This document shows positions 41,273 through 50,427 of a stretch of DNA of 62,047 nt, one piece after another. The notes under the pieces were generated by a model that did no database searches, was not told the origin of the DNA, and saw only the letters and a program-made list of their open reading frames with translations. The stretch comes from Pseudomonadales bacterium. GTDB lineage: Bacteria > Pseudomonadota > Gammaproteobacteria > Pseudomonadales > JBFGWM01. Every line of letters starts with the position of its first letter. Positions within the stretch are counted from its first letter, which is position 1. The stretch is from contig JBFKKR010000004.1 of NCBI GenBank assembly GCA_041682035.1, positions 1 to 62,047 on the forward strand, given 5' to 3'. Made by a program: the position numbers and the translations under genes.

Positions 41273-43633
41273 ATGAGAGTACTGCACGCCGGGCTGGCCT
41301 TCCTGTTGGCACTGCCCACCGTGGCGACTGCCGCCGAGATGCCGCAATACAAGGTGCCGGTGCCCGACCAGCCTTTCACGCGCACCCTGCGCCCCATCAC
41401 CCTCGACAAGATGGCGGAGATCGGCAAGGCGAACGGCATCTACCACGGCAGCCCGAAAGTGCTCGAGAACCGCAAGTGGTACGACGACAACTTCTACAAC
41501 ACGCTGGCCGCGAAGAAGATCTGGAAGCCGGGCACCGGACCGGAGAAGCACGTGTTGCGCGGCCCGATCACCTGGAGCATTGCACCGATTCCCCAATACG
41601 TACCGCCGCCGTGTGACCAGCCGCAGCCGACCGGCTATGACGCGGAAGGCTGCCGCATCGCCCTGTCGCTGTTCCGCGATGTCGAGGCGGACATGCCGGA
41701 GAAGGTGAACGAGTGGCGCGAACAGATCCGCCGTGGCCGGGATGTCTGGTTCAAGGGCACCTTCGGCAACCAGGACCTGAACGAACTGCACCTGAAGCGC
41801 ACCATCGGCGAGTACATGCATTACGAGGAGTGGCTCCACACCAAGCAGCGCAAGCACCGCTTCACGAAGTGGGGGATGATCAACGACCCCGACTGCACCG
41901 AGGGCGACGAGTCCACCTACTGGACCGACAAGTGCCAGGACCCGCACTCCTCGGGCGTGCTGGGTTACCGGAAGTACTTCAAGGACGCGACCGCCGATTA
42001 CAACCCCCACACCGCGCCCTATGAAGAAGGCGAGATGCGCAACAACAAGCGCTGGGCCATCGGCCATCCCTGCGTTCAGTGCCACGTCGGGCTCGATCCG
42101 ACCAACCCGCCGCGCAACCCGAATGAGCCGAAGTGGGAACACCTCACCGGCCACATCGGCAACCAGCACACCAACCAGCCGCTGACCGCCTTCCTCTCGG
42201 CGGTGCCGGAGAACCACTTCGCCAAGCAGGCGACCATGGGCGCTCGCGCCGGCACGGTGGATACCTCGCTGAACCCGAACGACTTCCAGCACAACCCGGG
42301 CACCCAGAACAACATCACCGACTTCATGAACAAGCGGGTGTTCGTGCACAAGATGAAGCACCCGATCACCGGCGAGGTGAAGGAGGCCACCACCTTCCAC
42401 GTGCTCAAGGGGGGCGAGGACTCGGTCGGCGACCACCTCGCGCTGATGCGTGTGTACATCAATATCGGCATGTGCACCGAGGAATGCTGGACGCCGAACT
42501 TCCCGGTACCGGGAACCTTCTTCGGTCCGGAATCGAGGCAGTCGCCGCAACGCATCAAGCAGTGCTACCAGGATTGCGAGGCCTGGAACTACGCCGATGC
42601 GAAGATGCCGGACCTGGCCGCCTACCTGCTCGCCGGCGGGCCGTTCTACCTGATGAACGCGCGGGACATCGACGGCACGCCCGGTTCCGCCTTCATCGAC
42701 AAGAAGGTCATTCCGGACGGGCGCAAGATCTACGCGCGCGAGTGCGCCCGTTGCCACTCCACCAAGGTGCCGCCGGATTCGATCGCCAACGACAAGTCCG
42801 CGCTGGAGAAGTTCTACGCCGGCCACGTGTTCGGCAAGGAGGACTACTGGCAGTACGAGTTCACCGCGGCGGAACGCAACTCGGAGTCGTTCCAGGCGCG
42901 CTTCCTGGTGCGTGACGAGGACACCGGGCAGCTGCGTCCCAAGCAGTTTGCGAAGGAAGGCATGCTGGGGCAGGACTGGCTGGGCAACGACGAGCGCCGG
43001 CCGTTCCACGAGATCGGCACCAACATGTGCCGCGCCCTGCACGACAACCACAATGTCGGCCACATCTGGGAAGACTATGCGTCGCTGACCTTCCACGAGT
43101 GGCCGTCCCCGGGCAGCGTGCCGAAGAAGATCAACCGCATGTTCCCGCTCATCGGCGGCATGGAGTTCGGCGAGCCGCGCGTGATCGATGGCGGTTCGGG
43201 TTACCTGCGGAACATCTCGCTGCTGTCGGTATGGGCGCACGCGCCGTTCCTGCACAACAACTCGGTGGGTGAACTGACCTACATGCCGGATGGCCAGACC
43301 ATCGACTACACCGTGCGCGGGCGGGTGAAGCAGTTCGAGATCGCGATGGAGGAACTGCTGACTTCCGACGACCCGGCGGTCACGCCGCACCGGACGCCGA
43401 AGACCGCGGTGACGACGACCGATTTCGGCCTCGCGCCGCGCGAGGACGGCCAGGGCTTCATCAAGCTGCCCGTCGACAAGGGCACCCCGGTGGCGTATTT
43501 CACCAGTTCGGACCCGCACAGCCCGCTGTTCCAGAAGTGCGACGACCTGGTCGAAAACAAGGGGCACCAATTCGGCGTCGACCTGTCAGAAGACGAGAAG
43601 CACGCGCTCACCGAGTTTCTCAAGATGATGTGA
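41273..43633 (+). CDS. Exported diheme c-type cytochrome, RoxA/MauG-bCcP superfamily, uncharacterised subfamily
   Basis: Signal peptide MRVLHAG...ATA; CVQCH and CARCH; MauG-like VWAHAPFLHNNSV; C-terminal NKGHQFG...LTEFLK. Confidence 0.82.
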   Translation: MRVLHAGLAFLLALPTVATAAEMPQYKVPVPDQPFTRTLRPITLDKMAEIGKANGIYHGSPKVLENRKWYDDNFYNTLAAKKIWKPGTGPEKHVLRGPITWSIAPIPQYVPPPCDQPQPTGYDAEGCRIALSLFRDVEADMPEKVNEWREQIRRGRDVWFKGTFGNQDLNELHLKRTIGEYMHYEEWLHTKQRKHRFTKWGMINDPDCTEGDESTYWTDKCQDPHSSGVLGYRKYFKDATADYNPHTAPYEEGEMRNNKRWAIGHPCVQCHVGLDPTNPPRNPNEPKWEHLTGHIGNQHTNQPLTAFLSAVPENHFAKQATMGARAGTVDTSLNPNDFQHNPGTQNNITDFMNKRVFVHKMKHPITGEVKEATTFHVLKGGEDSVGDHLALMRVYINIGMCTEECWTPNFPVPGTFFGPESRQSPQRIKQCYQDCEAWNYADAKMPDLAAYLLAGGPFYLMNARDIDGTPGSAFIDKKVIPDGRKIYARECARCHSTKVPPDSIANDKSALEKFYAGHVFGKEDYWQYEFTAAERNSESFQARFLVRDEDTGQLRPKQFAKEGMLGQDWLGNDERRPFHEIGTNMCRALHDNHNVGHIWEDYASLTFHEWPSPGSVPKKINRMFPLIGGMEFGEPRVIDGGSGYLRNISLLSVWAHAPFLHNNSVGELTYMPDGQTIDYTVRGRVKQFEIAMEELLTSDDPAVTPHRTPKTAVTTTDFGLAPREDGQGFIKLPVDKGTPVAYFTSSDPHSPLFQKCDDLVENKGHQFGVDLSEDEKHALTEFLKMM

Positions 43634-43658
43634 TGCCGGCCCCTGATGGCCTGGATGG

Positions 43659-43685
43659 AACGGGGAGGCATGCCTCCCCGTTTTT
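43659..43685 (+). terminator. Intrinsic terminator hairpin after the first cytochrome gene
   Basis: Perfect palindrome AACGGGGAGGCA/TGCCTCCCCGTT followed by Ts. Confidence 0.75.
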
Positions 43686-43718
43686 ACTGGAGCGGACGCA
43701 GACGAAGTTGAAGCAACC

Positions 43719-45494
43719 GTGAAAAAGATCCTGATATTGGTGGCTGCCGCCGCTATCGGCGGGCTGGCCGTGCTGTTTTTCTCCGGATCGGAGCGGTCGG
43801 ACGAGCCGGCGGGCATCGTGCAGCTGGCGGAACAGCTGAAAACTGCCCGCAAGAACAGCCTTTCCGCCAAGTACATTTCCGGCGAGGACCTGCCGCCACC
43901 GGGCACGCGCTCGCTGTTCGATCACCTCATCAAGGAACACGGCAGCCTGCCATACCCGTTCGAGAAACTGGTGGAACTCGCCTCGGAGTTCGACGCGGAT
44001 GGCGGCGAGCCGTCGTCGGTCCTGATCCCGGACGGGCGTTCCCTGCTCAAGGGCCAGGCGTTTTTCGAGAAGCCGCGCATCGTCGTGGCGGTGGACAGCA
44101 CGCCGGCCGAGTCCGATCACGATTACGGCCTGTACCTGAAAGGGCGCCTGCACTTCGGCCTGGTGGAGGACGCCAACGAGATCGAGGTGATCGCCTACAA
44201 CGAGCAGGCCGGCCGTTTTGAATTCCAGCTGGTCCGCGATTACTGTGAAGGCTGCACACCCCGCATCGTCTATGCCCGGCGGGCGATCTGCATCACCTGC
44301 CACATCGGGGGCGGCCCGATTTTCTCGGTCCGTCCATGGGAGGAGACCAACGGGCAGCCCGCCATCTACAACCGCATCCTGGAGGCTCGCGGGATTCCTC
44401 CCGCCGAGGCCGACGCGGCGAAATACCATGGCGTGATGATCAAGGCCCGGCTGGCGGTGCCGGAACGCTACGACGAACTGACCGACATCGGCAACGTCAT
44501 CCCCACCACCCAGCGCATGTGGATCGACGGTTGTGGCGAAGACCCCGGCCATGGCCCCGCGTGCCGGCGCGAGATGCTGCGCCAGGCGCTGCATTACCTG
44601 GTCAGTCCCGGCGAGTTCTCCCTGGCGCCGAAAGACTACCCCGAACTCATGCGCCTGCAGAAGGCGTCTTGGCCGGCCAACGGTATCGCGCAGGACAACG
44701 GCAACATTCCGAGCCGAAACCCGTTCCGGGATGATCCGGCGCCGACCTCGTTCCTCGGGCTGGCGCGCCAGCTGATCTTCGGCGAGGAGGAGAAGGTCAT
44801 GACCCGTGCGGTGGTCGTGGAAGGTGAGAAGATCGATGCCTTCGACAAGCTGCCGCCGCTGCCGCCGGAACTGGACCCGCTCACCCCCCGTGCACCGCTG
44901 GCCATCTACGGGCCGGACACGCTGGAGTCGGTGTTCGGCCTGGCGCAGATGTTCAGCGACAACGACCGTCGCCTGCTGGACATGCACAGCAACTATGACC
45001 GGGACCGGCTGGACGCAGCGGTGCGCAGTGCCGCACTGGACGAGGCGCTGCAACCGGGGCCGTTCCGCCGCATGCAGGTCATGGACGGGCTGCTCAGCGC
45101 GCTGGGCGTGGATCCGCTGCCGGGCAGTTGCTGCCGCGACGACAGCGGGATGTCCGAGGCCATGCTCGAGGGCGTGCCGCCGCTGGAGATCACCGCGGGC
45201 AGCGTGCTCGAGGTATTCGAGAAGTACTGCTTCGCCTGTCACCGCGGCAATCCGGCGGCGCGGCTGAACTTCATGGGCGGCGAGACCGAGGCGGAAGTGC
45301 TCGAACGCATCAAGGCGACCGACAAGATCATCGAGGCGCTGGATTACGAACGCTACCTGGGGACCGCGAAGGAGAGCACGCTGATGCCGCCGGGCGACTC
45401 GCACCAGCGCGAACTGCTCGACCAGGCGCGTGCCGAAGGCAGTGAAGATCTGCAGAAGATGATCGACACCATGCCATCGATGTTCGACTTCTGA
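43719..45494 (+). CDS. Membrane-anchored or exported diheme c-type cytochrome of unknown function
   Basis: N-terminal hydrophobic segment; CITCH and C-terminal CFACH...LMPP; additional CEGC motif. Confidence 0.78.
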   Translation: MKKILILVAAAAIGGLAVLFFSGSERSDEPAGIVQLAEQLKTARKNSLSAKYISGEDLPPPGTRSLFDHLIKEHGSLPYPFEKLVELASEFDADGGEPSSVLIPDGRSLLKGQAFFEKPRIVVAVDSTPAESDHDYGLYLKGRLHFGLVEDANEIEVIAYNEQAGRFEFQLVRDYCEGCTPRIVYARRAICITCHIGGGPIFSVRPWEETNGQPAIYNRILEARGIPPAEADAAKYHGVMIKARLAVPERYDELTDIGNVIPTTQRMWIDGCGEDPGHGPACRREMLRQALHYLVSPGEFSLAPKDYPELMRLQKASWPANGIAQDNGNIPSRNPFRDDPAPTSFLGLARQLIFGEEEKVMTRAVVVEGEKIDAFDKLPPLPPELDPLTPRAPLAIYGPDTLESVFGLAQMFSDNDRRLLDMHSNYDRDRLDAAVRSAALDEALQPGPFRRMQVMDGLLSALGVDPLPGSCCRDDSGMSEAMLEGVPPLEITAGSVLEVFEKYCFACHRGNPAARLNFMGGETEAEVLERIKATDKIIEALDYERYLGTAKESTLMPPGDSHQRELLDQARAEGSEDLQKMIDTMPSMFDF

Positions 45495-45598
45495 ATGGTG
45501 TCAGCGTGTTTTTTTTTCCCGCTCGGTGTCTGCAACTGCTGACCGGAAAAATCCACGGTGACACCTTTGACGATTCCCTTCGAAGGGAGGATGGGGCG

Positions 45599-46375
45599 AT
45601 GAAGAGTATCTTGCGTATTTACACCTTGGCGCTGGCCGGCATGGTGGCGCTCCCGGTTGCAGCGGAACCCGGGTTCGCCCGCATGTACAAGAGCAACTAC
45701 GGCTACAACCCGTCGTGCAACGCCTGTCACAAGGACGGCGGCGGCACGCCGCTGAACGGGTACGGCGAGGCCTTCAAGCAGGCCGGCATGAAAATCGGCA
45801 GTTTCAAGGACATCGAGGGCATCGACAGCGACGGCGACGGTGACACCAATGGCGTGGAGGTGCGGGCGCAGGCAAACCCGGGTTCGAAGTTTTCCACCAA
45901 GGCGTCGCCCGGTGACTGGCTGGATACCAGCAACCTGATTCCGCGCGAGGTGCAGGATCTCTATCCGGGCGTCAAGCAATACAAGCCGATGGACGCGATC
46001 CTCACCGAGAAGGAGTTCGCGGCGGCGAGGAACGTCGGCCTGGAACTGACCGAGATGGACCAGAACACCATCTACATCCCGCTCGATGAAAACCGCCGCC
46101 CGGCTGGCATCGCGATCATCCAGCCCGCGAGCTTCCAGGAAAAACCCTTCTATCTCCTGGTGACGACCGACGGCAAGCTCAATATCCAGGACGTGGTGCC
46201 GGTGAACACGAAGCACGTGCCGGCGGCGAAGGATTCCGCCATCTACGCGAAACTGAAGGGCAACCCGGCCAGCAAGCTGAAGACCCCCGAAGCCGTCAAC
46301 ACGCTCGATGACGCCATCGTGCTCGCCGTGAAGAAGGCGACGACCATCATCCGGCTGCGGCTGGGCGGGAGATAG
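45599..46375 (+). CDS. Exported monoheme cytochrome c with DxDxDG Ca-binding motif and unknown C-terminal domain
   Basis: GGGAGG RBS; signal peptide; PGFAR...CNACH...PLNGYGEAFK; DSDGDGDTNGVE. Confidence 0.78.
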   Translation: MKSILRIYTLALAGMVALPVAAEPGFARMYKSNYGYNPSCNACHKDGGGTPLNGYGEAFKQAGMKIGSFKDIEGIDSDGDGDTNGVEVRAQANPGSKFSTKASPGDWLDTSNLIPREVQDLYPGVKQYKPMDAILTEKEFAAARNVGLELTEMDQNTIYIPLDENRRPAGIAIIQPASFQEKPFYLLVTTDGKLNIQDVVPVNTKHVPAAKDSAIYAKLKGNPASKLKTPEAVNTLDDAIVLAVKKATTIIRLRLGGR

Positions 46376-46379
46376 GCCC

Positions 46380-47345
46380 ATGATGCGCGTACTGCTGTTC
46401 TGCCTGCTGCTTTGCGGGTGGGGCGTGGCGGCCGCGCACCACGAGGCGCCGAACCCGTATCTCCAGCTCGCCGAAGCCACGGACCTGTTCGCTGGCGAGG
46501 ACGATCTCTTCGCGGAAAGCGATGACTTGTTCGCCGAGGAACCCGCCAACGACCCGGTCGGCGCCTCCGATGACCTCTTCGGCGCGCCGGACGCGCTGGA
46601 GGAGCCGGCGCCCGAGCCGACACCGGCCGAAACAGCCGGGGCGGGCGAGGAGGTGGACCTGTTCGCCGACCTCGACACCAGCGAGGGCATCGTCGAGGTG
46701 CCACCTGAAAAAAGCCGGTGGATCACCATCGGCGGGCCGCTGGGACTGTTCATCTTCTACTTCGCGTTTATCGGCCTGAACGTGCTGACGGTGCCGTTCA
46801 AGGTCTCGCGCGAGGACATCCAGCTCTACCATTTCCCGACCGGCGTGAAGCGTGGTCTGGCCTTCGCGGTGACCCTCTACGGCATCGCGTTCGTGCTCGG
46901 AGCCTCCGAGATTGTCTACCAGCTGGAACTGCACGGCACGGCCGCGGCCTATTTCGAGCAGATGTCGCTGGGCAAGCTGATCGCCTTCACGCACGCGCAC
47001 CTGTTCGGTTTCACCACCTGCTTCCTGATTGTCGGCATCCCGTTCTCGATGCAGTTCAACCACATCCGGGCCTACCAGATGGTCTTCCCGGCAGGCCTGG
47101 CTGCAGCCTTCGTGGACGTGGCTTCCTGGTGGGGAATCAAGTACTTGACACCGAATTTTGAGTACGTTTCTGTCTTCTGCGGCATCGTGTTCTCGGTCAC
47201 CTACTTCATCATGCTGGTCGGCCTGCTGCGGGTGATCCTGTTCCCGCACGTGATCTGGCGCACGGACAAGGATGCCGACGAGCGCCGCGAGAAACTGCGC
47301 GTCGCGCGCAAGGAGCGCATCGAGGACGAATTCGGGCCGCTGTGA
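46380..47345 (+). CDS. Polytopic membrane protein with acidic DDLF repeats
   Basis: Signal-like N-terminus, acidic repeat region, about 5 TM helices, THAHLFG motif; 4 bp after the upstream stop. Confidence 0.75.
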   Translation: MMRVLLFCLLLCGWGVAAAHHEAPNPYLQLAEATDLFAGEDDLFAESDDLFAEEPANDPVGASDDLFGAPDALEEPAPEPTPAETAGAGEEVDLFADLDTSEGIVEVPPEKSRWITIGGPLGLFIFYFAFIGLNVLTVPFKVSREDIQLYHFPTGVKRGLAFAVTLYGIAFVLGASEIVYQLELHGTAAAYFEQMSLGKLIAFTHAHLFGFTTCFLIVGIPFSMQFNHIRAYQMVFPAGLAAAFVDVASWWGIKYLTPNFEYVSVFCGIVFSVTYFIMLVGLLRVILFPHVIWRTDKDADERREKLRVARKERIEDEFGPL

Positions 47346-47400
47346 TAGATTCTCCCCTCCGTAGCGCCGCGCACCGTGGCGCGCAGACTGGGGGAATTGC

Positions 47401-48252
47401 ATGTATTCGGTTGCTGGCAAGACCGTGCTCGTCACCGGCGGGGCGATGGGCATGGGCAGGCTGTTCAGCGAGCACGCGGTCGCCGAGGGCGCCCGGCTCA
47501 TCATCTGGGATATCAACAAGGACGCCATGCAGGCGACCGCCGAAGAGCTGCGCGGTCGCGGCGGCGCGGTGCACACCTATGTCGTCGATGTCTCCGACCG
47601 CGGCAAGATCGAGGCCGCCGCGGAAAAGGTGCTGAAGGAACACGGCCCGGTTGACGTGCTGTTCAACAACGCCGGGATCATCGTCGGCGCGCCGTTCTGG
47701 GAACACAGCAACGAACAGATCCAGGCGACCATGCGCATCAACAGCGAGGCGCTCATGTACGTCACCAGGGCGTTCCTGCCGGGCATGATGGAGAAGCGCT
47801 CCGGGCGGATCGTGAACTTCGCCTCCGCCGCCGGCACCGTCTCCAACCCGCGCATGTCCGTCTATTGTGCGTCGAAGTGGGCGGTCATCGGCTGGTCGGA
47901 CTCGCTGCGCATCGAGCTGGAACAGGCCGGCTATCACAATGTCTGCGTGACCACCGTGTGCCCGAGCTACATCAACACCGGCATGTTCACCGGCGTCACC
48001 GCGCCGTTCCTGGCGCCCATCCTCGAGCCCGGCCCCTTCGCGGACGTGGTCTGGAACGCGATGAAGAAGGGTTCGATCTGGGTGCGCCGGCCGTGGACGG
48101 TCTATCTCTCCATCTGGGCGAAGGCGCTGTTGCCGACGCGGCTGTTCGACTTTCTCGTCGGCGACCTGTTCGGCGTCTACAAGAGCATGGACACCTTCCT
48201 CGGGCGCAAGCCGGAAGCACCGGCAGATGCGCCGCAGAAAAAAGCCGCGTGA
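47401..48252 (+). CDS. SDR-family oxidoreductase
   Basis: VTGGAMGMG, NNAG, YCASK. Confidence 0.92.
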   Translation: MYSVAGKTVLVTGGAMGMGRLFSEHAVAEGARLIIWDINKDAMQATAEELRGRGGAVHTYVVDVSDRGKIEAAAEKVLKEHGPVDVLFNNAGIIVGAPFWEHSNEQIQATMRINSEALMYVTRAFLPGMMEKRSGRIVNFASAAGTVSNPRMSVYCASKWAVIGWSDSLRIELEQAGYHNVCVTTVCPSYINTGMFTGVTAPFLAPILEPGPFADVVWNAMKKGSIWVRRPWTVYLSIWAKALLPTRLFDFLVGDLFGVYKSMDTFLGRKPEAPADAPQKKAA

Positions 48253-48273
48253 CGGATGTGTCGAACAGAAGTT

Positions 48274-48305
48274 GAAAAGGGCCCGCGTCGCGGGCCCTTT
48301 TTCTT
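48274..48305 (+). terminator. Rho-independent (bidirectional-type) terminator
   Basis: AAAAGGGCCCGCG-T-CGCGGGCCCTTTT followed by further Ts. Confidence 0.85.
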
Positions 48306-48353
48306 GGTGGTCTCACATGGTCCGGTGGTGCTCCGGCCGGCTAATCTTCCTGC

Positions 48354-49409
48354 ATGAGCAGTCAACTGGCGGACCTGCTGCAGACCTGGCACGCGCAACG
48401 CGCGGCAGCGCGCTGGGCGCTCGGTACGGTCTACGAGACCGAGCGCTCCAGTTACCGGAAGGCCGGCGCGATGATGCTCTTCAACGATCTCGGCCAGCAG
48501 TTCGGCGTGCTCAGCGGCGGTTGTCTCGACAGCGAACTGCACCGCCGCGCGCGGCAGGTGATGGATACCGGCCGGTCGCTTTGCCTGGCGTTCGACAGCG
48601 CCGACGAGGACGACATCTCCTACCAGTTCGGGATCGGCTGCGGCGGCGTGGTGCGGGTGCTGTTGCAGCCGCTCCGCGATGACAACGCGATGCTCGACCT
48701 GGAGCGGGTCCGGCAGGCGCTCTCGCGCCGCGAGGCGGGCCTGTACCGGCAGCGGATCGTCTCCGGCGAGGCGCCGGTTGCAGAATTCGTGACCGCCGCG
48801 GTGGACGAGCCGCGCTGCGGCGCGCATGGCTGGCGCCCGGGCCGGCTGGTGGAGGCCGCGGACGGATGCTGGCTCGAGACCTGGATCCAGCCGCCACCGC
48901 ACCTGCTGCTGGTGGGCGGCGGACCGGATGCGCTGCCGCTGCTGCACATGGCGCGGCAGCTGGGCTGGGAGGTCTCGGTACAGGATGACCGCCCCGCCTA
49001 TGCCCGCCCCGAGTCCTTTGCGGCCGCGCATTGCGTGCTGCGCGAACCGCTCGACACGCTGGCCGCGGACGCATTGCTGCAATCGGTGGATGCCGCGGTG
49101 ATCATGGCGCACCACGTACAGCGCGACGCGGCGGCACTGCGGCTGCTGTCGCAACGGCCGCTGCTGTATCTCGCCCTCGTCGGGCCGGCAGCGCGCGCCG
49201 GCGAGGTCATGCAGGTGGCCGGATTGCGGGAGGACGACCTGGCCGCGCCGCTGCATGCGCCCGCCGGTCTGGATGTCGGTGGTGAGGGGCCGGAGGCCGT
49301 GGCGTTGTCGGTGCTGGCCGAATGCCACGCGCAGCTGCACGGCGGCGCACAGACGGCGCTTTCGGATCCGCAGCGGCTGCAGCAACCGATTCACCCGCAG
49401 CGCGCATGA
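48354..49409 (+). CDS. xdhC: XdhC-family molybdenum cofactor chaperone
   Basis: SSYRKAGAMM, GVLSGGCL, GIGCGG, LHAPAGLDVGGEGPEAVALS. Confidence 0.9.
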   Translation: MSSQLADLLQTWHAQRAAARWALGTVYETERSSYRKAGAMMLFNDLGQQFGVLSGGCLDSELHRRARQVMDTGRSLCLAFDSADEDDISYQFGIGCGGVVRVLLQPLRDDNAMLDLERVRQALSRREAGLYRQRIVSGEAPVAEFVTAAVDEPRCGAHGWRPGRLVEAADGCWLETWIQPPPHLLLVGGGPDALPLLHMARQLGWEVSVQDDRPAYARPESFAAAHCVLREPLDTLAADALLQSVDAAVIMAHHVQRDAAALRLLSQRPLLYLALVGPAARAGEVMQVAGLREDDLAAPLHAPAGLDVGGEGPEAVALSVLAECHAQLHGGAQTALSDPQRLQQPIHPQRA

Positions 49410-49987
49410 GCGGGACCGCCATCCTCGTGCTGGCGGCCGGTGCGGCCGCGCGCTTCGGCGCGCCCAAGCTGCGCGAGGAGATCGATGGCACATCCATCCT
49501 CGCCGGGCGCGTCGCGGTTGCGGAGGAGGTCGCGCCCGGCAATGTCCACGTCGTGCTGGCGGCAGACGACGCATGGGCCCGCGACTGCCTGCGGGGTGTG
49601 CACGTGGTCATCAACGAACGGGCGGCGGAAGGCCAGGGTACATCGGTCGCCGCCGGTGTGCGCTCGCTGCCCGGCGGCACGGATGCAGTGCTGATCCTGC
49701 CCGCCGACCAGGTCGCGGTCACCGCCGCGGACCTCACCACCCTGCTGGCCGCGCATCCGAACAGCGCGGCCGGCATCGCCTGTGCGCTTTACGACGGAAC
49801 CCGTGGCGCCCCGGCGGTTTTCTCGCGATCCTGGTTCGGGCGGCTCGCGGCACTGACCGCAGACCGCGGCGCGAAGGAGTTGCTGGCGGCCGCCGGTGTG
49901 CGGCTGGTGGAACTGCCCAACGCGGCGATCGATATCGATACGCGCGCGGACCTGGATGCCTACCGCTCGCTGCGCGCCGCCCGGTGA
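49406..49987 (+). CDS. mocA: Molybdenum cofactor cytidylyltransferase (MocA-like)
   Basis: [27 protein letters not shown]; ATGA-coupled to xdhC. Confidence 0.85.
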   Translation: MSGTAILVLAAGAAARFGAPKLREEIDGTSILAGRVAVAEEVAPGNVHVVLAADDAWARDCLRGVHVVINERAAEGQGTSVAAGVRSLPGGTDAVLILPADQVAVTAADLTTLLAAHPNSAAGIACALYDGTRGAPAVFSRSWFGRLAALTADRGAKELLAAAGVRLVELPNAAIDIDTRADLDAYRSLRAAR

Positions 49988-50427
49988 ATCGCCCGGCGGA
50001 CCCGCACGTAGGTGCCGCAGCGGCAGAGCACGCCGGCCATGGCGGCATCGATGTCCTCGTCGCTGGGTTGCGGGTTCTCCGCCAGCAGGCTGATCGCGCG
50101 CATGATCTGGCCCGCCTGGCAGAAGCCGCACTGTGCGACGTCCTCGTCGATCCATGCCTGCTGCACCGGGTGCAGGGTGGTGCCATCGGCCACCCCCTCG
50201 ATGGTGACGATGTCCTTTCCAGTGACCGACGAGACCGGCGTGATGCAGGCACGCACCGGCTGCTGCCCATCGACGTGACAGGTGCAGGCGCCGCACAGCC
50301 CGTTGCCGCAGCCGTTCTTCGGGCCGGTGATGCCCAGCAGTTCGCGCAGGACCGTGAGCAGCGGCATGTCGGCCGGCAGGTCCAGCGTGTGCTCGCGGCC
50401 GTTGACGCGCAGTTCGATCGTGACCAT
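49960..50427 (-). CDS. (2Fe-2S)-binding small subunit of an IorA/OxiA-type molybdenum hydroxylase
   Basis: [25 protein letters not shown]; the real gene is the 3' end of the long ORF 49960-52794. Confidence 0.92.
   Translation of the reverse strand: MVTIELRVNGREHTLDLPADMPLLTVLRELLGITGPKNGCGNGLCGACTCHVDGQQPVRACITPVSSVTGKDIVTIEGVADGTTLHPVQQAWIDEDVAQCGFCQAGQIMRAISLLAENPQPSDEDIDAAMAGVLCRCGTYVRVRRAIHRAARSER

Noticed and set aside
45599-46375. Calling this gene cyc2 (iron oxidase)
   Set aside because: At 258 aa it shows no beta-barrel pattern or terminal aromatic residue; only the heme motif resembles Cyc2.
39050-47345. Possible genomic island integrated at tRNA-Pro
   Set aside because: No integrase, no duplicated tRNA 3' end found by eye, and no obvious compositional shift; a decayed island cannot be excluded.
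49960-49987. 28-bp convergent overlap of mocA and the 2Fe-2S gene (also 17598-17609)
   Set aside because: Short tail-to-tail overlaps are common in GC-rich genomes and imply no special function.
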